In this document: piece by piece, positions 40,101-51,300 of the stretch
How the letters are laid out: each line of letters begins with the position of its first letter
How positions within the stretch are numbered: position 1 is the stretch's first letter
NCBI GenBank assembly: GCA_030390025.1
Contig: JASTWF010000034.1
Coordinates: 3,410,001 to 3,474,000 of the forward strand
Reading direction: 5' to 3'
Length of the DNA stretch: 64,000 nucleotides
From: Squalus acanthias
Lineage: Eukaryota
Made by a program: the position numbers and the translations under genes
The notes under the pieces: generated by a model
Database searches by the model: none
What the model saw: only the letters and a program-made list of their open reading frames with translations
Told to the model about the DNA's origin: nothing

Positions 40101-43100
40101 TCAAAATTAACAATTAACTGTAACTTTATTCCTCGGTGTAAAGGATATTATGTCAAAATTAGCAATTAACTGTAACTATATTCCACGGTGCAGAGTGTAT
40201 CATATCAAATTAACAATTAACTGTAACTTTATTTCTCAGTGTAGAGGGTTCCATTTCAAATTAAATGTATCATTATTCCGCAGTGTAGAGATTATTGACT
40301 GTAATTTTATTCCACAGTGTAGAGGGTATCATGTAAATTCAACAATTAACAGTAAGTTTATTCTCTGGTGTACAGGGTATCATGTCTAAATTAACAATTA
40401 ACTTTAACTTTATTTCAGAGTGTTGAGGACATCATGAAAAATTAACAATTAACTGTAACTTTATTTCCCGGTGTAGAGGGTATCATATCAAATTAACAAT
40501 TTACTGCAACTTTATCCCCCGGTGTAGAGGGCATCATGTGAAAATTAACAATTAGTTGCATCATTATCCCGCATTGTAGTGGGTATCATGTCTAAATTAA
40601 CAATTAACCGTAACTTTTTTACCCAGTGTAGAGTATATCATGTCAAATTAACAATTAAATTAACTTTATTCCCCGGTGTAGAGGATATTATGTCAATTCA
40701 AAATTAACTGTAAAATTGTTCTCTTGTGTACAGGATATCATGCCAAATTAAAAATTAACTGTGACTTTATTCTGTGCTGTAGAAGATATCATGTCTAAAT
40801 TAAAAATTAACTGTAAAATTATTCTCCGGTGTAGAGGTTAGGATGTCAAATTTACAATTTACTGTAACTTTATTCCCCGGTGTAGAGGGCATCATGTAAA
40901 AATGAATAATTAACTGTAACTTTATTCCGCATTGTAGTGGGTGTCATGTCTAAATTAACAATTAAAAGTAACTTTTTTCCCCAGTGTAGACTATATCATG
41001 TCACATTAACAATTAAATTAACTTTATTCCCCGGTGTAGAGGGTATCATGTCTAAATTAGCAATTAACTGTAACTTTGTTCCCCAGTGTAGAAGGTATCA
41101 TGTCTAAATTAAGAATTAAGTGTAACTTTATTCCACTGTTGAGAAGGTATCATGTCTAAATGAACGATTAATTGTCACTTTATTCCCCTGTTGAGAAGGT
41201 ATCATTTCTAAATTAACAATTAACTGTAAATTTATTCCCCAGTGTGAAGGCCATAATGTCGAAAATAACAATTAATTGTAACTTTATTCCCCGGTGTATA
41301 GGTTATCATGTCAAATTAACAATTCACTTTAACATTATTCCCCAGTGTAGAGGATATCATGTCAAATTAACAATTAACTGTAAATTTACTCCCTGGTGTA
41401 GAGTGTTTCATGCCTAAATTAACAATTGATATTTACGTTATTCCCCGTTGTAGAGGATATCACGTCGAAATTAACAATTAACTGTAACTTTATTCCCCGG
41501 TGTTGAGGGTATCATGTCAATTTAACAATTGAGTGTATCTTTATTCCCCAGTGTAGAAATTATCATGTTAAAAAAAATGATTGCAACTTTATTCCAGAGT
41601 GTGGAGGGTATCGTGTAAATTCAACAATTTACTGGAAATTTATTCCCCAGTGTAGAGGGTATCATGACAGATTAACAATTAACTTCAACTTTATTCCCCG
41701 GTGTTGAGGGCATAATGTAAAATTAACAATTAACTGTAACTTTATTCCCCAGTGTAGAGGGTATCATATCAAATTAACAATTAACTGTAACTTTATTCCC
41801 CGGTGTAGAGTGCATCATGTCGAAATTAGCAATTAACTGTAACTTTATTTCACAGTGTAGAAGACATCATGAAAAATTAACAATTAACTGTAAGTTTATT
41901 TCCCGGTGTAGAGGGTATCATATCAAATTAACAATTTACTGTAACTTTATTCCCCGGTGTAGAGGGCATCATGTAAAAATTAACAATTAACTGTAACTTT
42001 ATTCCGCATTGTAGTGGGTATCATGTCTAAATTAACAATTAACAGTAACTTTCTTCCCCAGTGTAGAGGATATTATGTCAATTAAAAATTAACTGTAAAA
42101 TTGTTCTCTTGCGTACAGGATGTCATGCCAAATTCAACATTAACTGTGACTTTATTCTGTGCTGTAGAGGATATCATGTCTAAAATTAACAATTAACTGT
42201 ATAATTATTCACCGGTGGAGAGGTTATCATGTAAAATTAACAATTAACTGTAACTTTGATCACCAGTGTAGAAGGTCTAATGTCTAAATTAACAATTAAG
42301 TGTAACTTTATTCCCCTGTTGAGAAGGTATCATGTCTAATTTAACAATTAAGTGTAACTTTATTCCCCTGTTGAGAAGGTATCATGTCTAAATTAACAAT
42401 TAACTGTAACTTTATTCCCCAGTGTAGAGTGTATCATGTCGAAATTAACAATTAATTGTAACTTTATTCACCGGTGTATAGGGCATCATGTCAAATTAAC
42501 AATTAACTTTAACATTATTCCCCAGTGCAGAGGATATCATGTCAAATTAACTATCAACTGTAAATTTGCTCTTTTGTGTAGAGTGTTTCATGCCTAAATT
42601 AACAATTGATATTTACGTTATTCCCCGGTGTAGAGTATATCATGTCGAAATTAACAATTAACTGTAACTTTATTCCCCGGTGTATAGGGTATCATGTCAA
42701 TTTAACAATTGAGTGTAACTTTATTCCCCTGTGTATAGTGTATCATGTCAAAATTAACCATTAACTGTAACTTTATTCCCCGGTGTAGAGTGCATCATGT
42801 CGAAATTAACAATTAACTGTAACTTTATTCACCGGTGTAGAGGGAACCATTTCAAATTAACTGTATCTTTATTCCCCAGTGTAGAAATTATCATGTTAAA
42901 AAAAATGACTGCAACTTTATTCCACAGTGTGGAGGGTATCATGTAAATTCAACAATTTACTGTAACTTTATTCTCCAGTGTAGAGGGTATCATGAAAAAT
43001 TAACAATTAACTTCAACTTTATTAACCGGTGTTCAGGGCATAATGTAAAATTAACAATTAACTGTAACTTTATTCCCCAGTGTAGAGGGTATCCTATCAA

Positions 43101-44055
43101 ATTAACCATTAACTGGAACTTTATTCCCCGGTGTAGAGGTGATCATGTCAAATTAACAATTACCTGTAACCTTATATCCTGAGTGTAGAGTGTATGATGT
43201 CTTATTTAACAATTAAATGTAACTTTATACCCTGGTGTGGAGGGTATCATGTCAAATTACCAATTGACAGTAACTTTATTCCCTGGTGTGGTGGAAAACC
43301 TTTCTTAATTTACAATAAACTGTAACTTTATTCCTTCAGTGTGGAGGGAAACATATCTAAATTAACACATAAATGTAAATTTATTCCCCTGTGTACAAAT
43401 AACATGTCTAAATTAACAATTAACTGTAACTTTATTCACTGTTGTAGAGGGCATCATTTCAAATTAAATAATAAGTGTAACTATTTTTACTGTTGCAGAG
43501 GGCATCAAGTCAACAATAAACTGTAACTTTATATTCTCAGCGTGGAGGATATCATGACAAGTTAAAAATTAACTTTAAGTTTATTCCCCAGTGTAGAGGT
43601 TATCATGTGAAATTAACAATTATCTGTAACTTTAGACCCCGGTGTAGAGGGTTTCATGTCAAAATTAACAATTAATTGTAAATCTATTCCCCGGTGTAGA
43701 GGGTATCATGTCTAAATTAACAATTAACTGTAACTATATCCCCCGGTGTTGAGGGAATCCTGTCTAAATTAACAATTAACAATTGACTGGTACTGGATTC
43801 CCCAGTGAAAAGGGTATCATGACAAATTAAAAATTCACTTTCACATTATTCCCCAGTGTAGAGGATATAACGTCAAATTAACAATTAAATGAAACTTTAT
43901 TCCACGGTGAAGAGGATATCATGTCAAATTAACAATTAACTGTAAATTTACTCCCTGCTGTAGAGGGTTTCATGCCTAAATTAACAATTGACAATTACTT
44001 TATTCCCCGGTGCCGAGGGTATCATGTCAGAATTAACAATTGACTTTAACTTTAT
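31145..44055 (+). repeat. 51/52-bp tandem satellite array, segment 2
   Basis: Same monomer and orientation as segment 1. It resumes in register with the monomer interrupted at 27833. Variant blocks recur at +4164 (31492/35656) and +4298 (35656/39954). Confidence 0.99.
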
Positions 44056-44581
44056 TGTAGGGTGTTGTATTGGGCTCAGCCGTCACCTCTGACTCAGTGA
44101 GCGGTTCGAATCGATCCCACGCCCCTGGTTCCTAGACTTTGGACTTATTTACGGGTCGTGAACAAAGATTCAGTAGACAACAGGTTCTGATGAAAGAATT
44201 CTGATTTTGTTAAAAGAAAAAGGTAACAAATTTAAAACACACTTAATACTTGAACACAGGTTGGGGATACACGGTACAGTCGAGGGAGACCGACAATATA
44301 CAAAAAAAACCTTGCCCATCCCAAAAATCCCACTATCTAGCTAGGTTTTGGTTTCAGGAGATCAGGGATAATGCTCACCGAACGAATCCTTGAGAGTTGA
44401 GAGTTAGGGTTTAGAGTCTTTTGAGCAAAAGGTTTCGTAAGGCCCTTGTTGCCGCGAGGTGTCCGATGGTCACTGAGGCAGTCGCGCTGGTTTCTTCTTG
44501 TGTGTTGGTCTGTTTGTGAAGTTGTTGGCCTTCTTTCCTCCTTCTCCTCGTGGCTGCTGGTGTCTTTGCTGGAGCAGAGCT

Positions 44582-44604
44582 GAGAGAGAGAGAGAGAGAG
44601 AGAG
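44582..44604 (+). repeat. (GA)11 microsatellite inside the LTR-like element
   Basis: Direct read of gagaga... at 44582-44604, with a shorter (AG)n at about 44639-44648. Confidence 0.95.
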
Positions 44605-44668
44605 CTGTGCGAGCGTTGAGTGCGTTGTCAGCGAGTCCAGAGAGAGAGTCTTGTGACATTAGGCCCCC

Positions 44669-45117
44669 AATTATACTTTCCTTTTCGCGCCCAAAACCCC
44701 TTACTAAAACGGTTTCCTTTAGATTTCAAATGAGCTCTGTTTACTCCATTGTCTTAGTTTTGGCGGGCTTGTCAGTTTCGATGGCTTCAACTTGGTGTTA
44801 AACATGTCCTGATAGCTTCCGATTTAGGCAAGGCCTTTATCTACGCGCCAAATCTTGTCCCTATTGTCCTAGGTTTTTGGCGCGCTTTAAATCCGTCCTG
44901 TGGATACCTGGTTGATTGGTTTTTGATGAAGTAAATTGGGGCACTAAATGTTTTATTGATTTCAGTCTTCTGGTATCCTGTTTGGGCCTGGGAATTTCAA
45001 AAAAGGTCTTGGATTATTCATATTTCGATGTGTGTGTGAGGCTTTTGGGTTTGTCTCTTCCTTCTTGGTAGGAAGGCAGTGTAAACACATTCCCATACAG
45101 ATTGATTGGGCCCCAAT
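44669..45117 (-). promoter_or_regulatory. Putative U3 promoter: TATA-like box plus clustered E2F, CHR-like and CCAAT motifs
   Basis: TATAA is on the minus strand at 44671-44675. E2F-type TTTSSCGS motifs are at about 44683, 44759, 44845 (reverse) and 44876. TTCAAA (CHR, TTTGAA on minus) is at 44725 and 44996. ATTGG/CCAAT is at 44915, 45105 and 45113. These are motif matches only. Confidence 0.5.
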
Positions 45118-45371
45118 ACCCAAAGCTGTCCACTGCCTGGCCACGCCGCTCCGCAACCTATCGGTGCCTGTGAAAGGTGTCTTTCCCAACAGTAAGATTT
45201 AAAAAGTCATTTTCCTCAGGGTTTTTCTTCCCTGATCTTTAAAAAATTCCAAAACTAAGTGTTTTACCTCAAATCACTTCACTTAGGACAATAGCAAAAT
45301 ACTGCGGATGCTGGAAATCTGTTCGAGTTAGGGTTCTGTTCGAGTTTCTGGGGGATTTTGTGAAGCCGACA

Positions 45372-48300
45372 TTATTCCCAGGTGTAGAGTGTATCATGTC
45401 AATTCAACAATTAACTGTAACTTTATTCCCCGGTGCAGAGATTATCATGTTAAAAAAATGAATAACTTTATTCCACAGTGTAGAGGGTATCATGTCAATT
45501 CAATAATTAAATTGTAACTTTATTCCCCGGTGTAGAGGATATCATGTCAAATTAACAATTAAATATAACTTTATTCCCCGGTGAAGATGGTATCATATAA
45601 AATTAACAATTAACTGTAACTTTATTTCCCGGTGTAGAGGGTATTATGCCAAATTAGCAATTAACTGCAACTATATTCCCCGGTGTGGAGGGGATCATGT
45701 CTAAATAAACCATTAATTGTAACTTTATACCCCTTTGTAGAAGGTATCATGTCTAAATTAAGAATTAACTGGAACTTTATTCCCCGGTGTAGAGGGTATC
45801 ATATCAAATTAACAATTAACTGTAACTTTATTCCCCGGTCTAAAGGGTATAATATCAAATTAACAATTAACTGTAACTTTATTCCCCGGTGTAGAGGGCA
45901 TCATTTCAAAATTAAAAATTAACTGTAACTTTATTCCCCGAAACAGAGTGGATCATGTCTAAATTAACTATTAACTGTGACTTATTCTGCATTGTAGAGG
46001 GAATCATTTCAAATTAAATATTAAGTGTAACTATATTCACTGGTGTAGAGGGCATCATGTCAATTTAACAATTAACTGTAACTTTATTCCCCGATGAAGC
46101 AGGAATTATGTCTAAATTAACAATTAACTGTAAAGTTATTCCCCGATGTAGAGGGTATCGTGTCTAATATTATCAATTAGCTGTAACTATATTCCCCTGT
46201 GTAGAAAGTATCATGTCTAAATTAACAATTAACTGTAATTTTATTCCCCAGTGTAGAGGGTATCATGACAGATTAACAATTCTCTTCAACTTTATTCCCC
46301 GGTGTTGAGGGCATCATGTAAAATCAACAATTAATTGTAACTTTATTCCCCGGTGTAGATGGTATCATGTCAAATTAATAATTAACTGTAACTTTATTCC
46401 CCGGTGTAGAGGGTATCATGTCAAATTAATAATTAACTGTAACTTTATTCCCCGGTGTAGAGGGCGTCATTTCAAAATTAACAATTAACTGTAACTTTAT
46501 TCCCCGGTGTAGAGGGGATCCTATCAAATTAACAATTAACTGTAACCTTATATCCTCAGTGTAGAGGGTATGATGTCTTATTTAACAATTAATTGTAACT
46601 TTATACCCTGGGGTGGAGGGTATCATGTCAAATTACCAATTGACAGTAACTTTATTCCCTGGTGTGGTGGGAAACTTTTCTTAATTTACTTAAACTGTAA
46701 CTTTATTCCACAGTGTGGAGGGAAACATATCTAAATTAACAAATAACTGTAAATTTATTCCCCTGTGTAAATGGTAACATATCTAAATTAACAATTAACT
46801 GTAACTTTATTCACCGTTGTAGAGGGCATCGTTTGAAATTAAATATTAAGTGTAACTATATTTACTGGTGTAGAGGGCATCATGTTAAATTAACAATTAA
46901 CTGTAACTTTATTCCACGGTGTAGCGGGCATCATGTCTAAATTAAAAATGTACTGTAACTATATACCCCGGTGTAGAGGGCACCATTTTAAATTAACTGT
47001 ATCTCTATTCCCCAGTGTAGAGATTAACATGTAAAAAAAAATGACTAATATTTTATTCCACAGTGTAGAGGGTATCATGTAAGTTCAACAATTAACTGTA
47101 ACTTTATTCCCCGGTGTTGAGGGTATCATGTAAATTCAATTATTAACTGTAACTTTATTCTCTGGAGTAGTGGGTATCATGTTTAAATTAACAATTCACT
47201 GCAACTTTATTCTCTGGTGTAGAGGGTATCATGTCTAAATGAACTATTCACTATAACTTTATTTCCCGGTGTAGAGGATATCATGTCAAATTAACAATTA
47301 ACTTCAACTTTATTCCCCGGTGTAGAGGGCATCATGAAAAATTAACATTTAACTGTAACTTTATTCCCCGGTGTAGAGGGCATCATGAAAAATTTAAAAT
47401 TAACTGTAACTTTATTCCCCGGTTTAGAGGATATTATGTCAAATTAAAAAGTATCTGTAACATTATTCTCTGGTGTAGAGGATATCATGTCCAAATTAAC
47501 AATTAACTGTTACTTTAATCCAGATTGCAGAGTTTATCATGTCGAAATTAACAATTTACTGTAAACTTATTCCCCGGTGTAGAGGTCATCATGTCTCAAT
47601 TAACAATCAACTTTAACTTTATTCCCCGGGGTAGAGGTCATCATGTCAAATTAACAATTAACTGTAACTTTCTTCTCCAGTGCAGAGGGTATCATGACAG
47701 ATTAACAATTCACTTCAACTTTAATCCCCGGAGTTGAGGGCTACATGTAAAATTAACAATTAACTGTAACTTTATTCCCCGATGTAGAGGGTATCATATC
47801 AAATTAACAATTACCTGTAACCTGATATCCTCAGTGCAGCGGGCATGATGTCTAATTTAGCAACTAACTGCAACTTTACACCTTGGTGTACAGGGTATCA
47901 TGTCAAATTAGCAATTGACAGTATCTTTATTCACTGGTGTGGTGGGAAACTTTCCTTAATTTACAATTAACTGTAACTTTATTTCACGGTGTAGAGGGAA
48001 ACATATCTGAATTAACAAATAACGGTAAATTTATTCCCGTGTGCAGAAGGTATCATGTCTCAATTAACAATTAACTGTAACTTGATTCACCATTGTAGAG
48101 GGCATCACTTCGAAATTAACAATTAACTATAACTTTATTCCCCAGTGTAGAGGATATCATTTAAATTAACAATTAACTGTAACTTTATTCCCCGGTGTAG
48201 AGGGCATCATGTCTAAATTAACAATTAACTGTAACTTAATTCTCTGTTGTAGAGAGTATCATGTCTAAATTAACATTTAACTGTAACTTTTTTCCCCAGT

Positions 48301-51300
48301 GCAGGGGATATCGTGTCAAATTAACAATTAAATTAACTTTATTCCCCGGTGTAGAGGATATTATGTCAAAATAAAAATTAACTGTTACTTTATTCTCTTG
48401 TGTACAGGAGATCATGTCAAATTAAAAATTAACTGTAACTTTATTCTGTGTTGTAGAGGATAGCATGTCTAAATTAACAATTATCTGTTACTTTATTCCA
48501 CAGTGCAGAGGTTATCTTGTTGAAATTAACAATTGACCGAAAAAAATTTCCCCGGTTTAGAGGATATTATGTCAAATTAAAAAGTATCTGTAACTTTATT
48601 CTCTTGTGTAGAGGATATCATGTCCAAATTAACAATTAACTGTTACTTTAATCCAGATTGCAGAGTTTATCATGTCGAAACTAACAATTTACTGTAAACT
48701 TATTCCCCAGTGTAGAGGTCATCATGTCTCAATTAACAATCAACTTTAACTTTATTCCCCGGGGTAGAGGTCATCATGTCAAATTAACAATTAACTGTAA
48801 CTTTCTTCCCCAGTGCAGAGGGTATCATGACAGATTAACAATTCACTTCAACTTTATTCCCCGGAGTTGAGGCCTACATGTAAAATTAACAATTAACTGT
48901 GACTTTATTCCCCGGTGTAGAGGGTATCATGTCAAATTAACAATCAATTATAACTTTATTCCCAGATGTTGAGGGTAACATGTCAAATTAACAATTATCT
49001 GTAACTTTATTACCCGGTGTAGAGGGTATAATTTCAAATTCACAATTGACTGTATATTTATTCCCCAGTGTAGAGAATATCATGTCAAAAAAACAATTGA
49101 CTGTAACTTTATTCCCCGGTGTAGAAGGCAGCAGGTCTACATTAACAATTAGCTTTATATTTATTCCCCGGTGTGGAAGGCATCATCTCAAAATGAATAT
49201 TTAAATGTAACTTTATTCCCCGGTGTAGTGGGCATCATGTCAAATTAACAATTAACTGTAATTTTATTCTCTGCTGTAGAGGGTATCATGTCTAAATTAA
49301 CAATTAATTGTAACTTTATTCCCTGGTGTAGAGGATATCATGTCAAATTAAAAATGCACTGTAACATTATTCCACGTGCAGAGGATATAATTTCTAAATT
49401 AACAATAAACTGTAACTTTTTCCACAGTGTAGAGGGTATTATGACTAAATTAGCAATTTACTGTAACTTTATTCACTGGTTTGGAGGGCATCATGTCTTA
49501 ATTAACAATTAACTGTAACTTTATTCCTTGGTGCAGAGTGCATCATGTCAAATTAACATTTAACTGAAACTGTATTCCCCGGTGTATAGGGTATACTGTC
49601 AAATTAACAATTGACTGTTTTGTTATTCCCCGGTGCAGAGGGAATCATGTCAAATTTGCAATTGAAAGTACCTTTAATCCACAATGTACAGGGTGTCATG
49701 TCAAATTAACAATTAACTGTAAATTTATTTCCCGGAGTAGAGAGTATCATGTCAAATTATCAATTAACTGTAACTTTATACCCCGGTGTAGAGGGCATCA
49801 TATAAAATTAACAAGTTATTGTAACTTTTTTCCCTGGTGCAGAGGATATCATGTCAAATTAACAATTAACTGTAACATTATTCCCCGGTGTAGAGGGTAT
49901 CATGTCAAATTATCAATTAATTCTAATTTTATTCTCTGGTGTAGAGGGTGCCATGTGAAATTAACAATTAACTGTAACTTTATTCCCCGGTTTAAAGGAT
50001 ATCATGTCAAATTACAAATTAACTGTTAATGTATTCTCCGGTGTAGAAGGTATCATGTCAAATTAACAATTAACTGTAACGTTATTCTCTGATGTAGAGG
50101 GTATCATGTCAAATTAACAATTAAATTTACTTTATTCCCCGGTGTAGAGGATATTATGTCATTTAAAAATTAACTGTAACATTTTTCATTTGTGTACAGG
50201 ATATCATGTCAAATTGCAAATTGACTGTAACTTTATTCTGTGCTGTCGAGGATATCATGTCTAAATTAACAATTAACTGAAAAATTATTCCCCGGTGTAG
50301 TGCTTATCATGTCTAAATTAACAATTAACTGTAACTTTACTCCCCTGTGTAGAGAAAAACATGTCTAACTTAACAATTAACAGTAAGTTTATTCCCCGAT
50401 GTTGAGGGAATCCTGTCTAAATTAACAATTAACTGTAACTTTATCCCCTGTGTAGAAGATATCATGTCTAAATTAACAATTAACTGTAACTTTATTGCCC
50501 GGTGTAGAGGGCATCATGTCAAAATTAACATTTAACTGTAATTTTATTCCGCAGTGTAGAGGGCATAATGTCAAATTAAAAATTAACTGTAACTTTATTC
50601 TCCTGTGCAGAGGTTATCATTTCAAAATTAACAATTAACTTTAACATTATTCCCCAGTGTAGAGGATATCAAATCAAATTAATAATTAACTCTAACTTTA
50701 TTCACTGTTGTCGAGGGTTTCATGCCTAAATAAACAATTGACATTTACTTTATTCCCCGGTGCAGAGGGTATCATGTCAAATTTACAATTGAGTGTAATT
50801 TTATACCCCGGTGTAGAGTGTATCATGTCAAAATTAACAATTAACTGTAAGTTTATTCCGCAGTGCAGAGGGCATCATGTCAAATTAACAATTAACTGTA
50901 ACTTTGTTTTCTAGTGTAGAGCGTATCATGTCTCAATTAACAATTAACAGTAAACTTATTCCCCGGTGTAGAGGGTATCGTCTCTCAATTAACAATGAAC
51001 TGTAACTTTATTCCCCTGTATAGAGGGTCTCATGTCAAATTAACAATTAGCTGTAACTTTATTCCCCAGTATAGAGGGTATCATCACAGATTAACAAATC
51101 ACTTCAACTTTATTCCCCAGTGTAGAGGGCATCATTTAAAATTAATATGAACTGTAACTTTATTCCCTGGAGTTAAAGGCATCATGTCAAATTAACAATT
51201 TACTGTAACTTTATTCCCCAGTGCAGAGGTTATCATGTCAAATTAACAATTAGCTGTAACTTTATTCCCCAGTATAGAGGGTATCATCACAGATTAACAA

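Larger units (their letters stand above)
44056..45371. mobile_element. Probable solo LTR (1316 bp) of an LTR retrotransposon or ERV; orientation tentatively minus
   Basis: It starts TGTAGG and ends CCGACA (TG...CA, imperfect inverted termini TGTAGG/TGTCGG). It is flanked by TTAT at 44052-44055 and 45372-45375. Removing it and one TTAT restores a normal monomer (aactTTATtcccaggtg). No gag/pol coding sequence, PBS or PPT is seen. Confidence 0.82.

Noticed and set aside
44056..44062. The LTR start TGTAGGG resembles satellite TGTAGAGGG, suggesting the satellite derives from the LTR
   Set aside because: The match is only about 5 bp and TGT is the generic LTR terminus. I see no further monomer similarity in the element.
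44180..44230. CTGATGA...GAAA resembling a hammerhead ribozyme core (retrozyme idea)
   Set aside because: I could not form stem II closing directly before a GAAA, nor stems I and III with a cleavage triplet. An Infernal search against hammerhead models would settle it.
44411..45189. ORFs at 44411 (-), 44550 (+) and 44962 (-) inside the LTR-like element
   Set aside because: They are short, two run through the (GA)n microsatellite (SLSLSL / RERERE), and none has gag, pol, env or other domain features.
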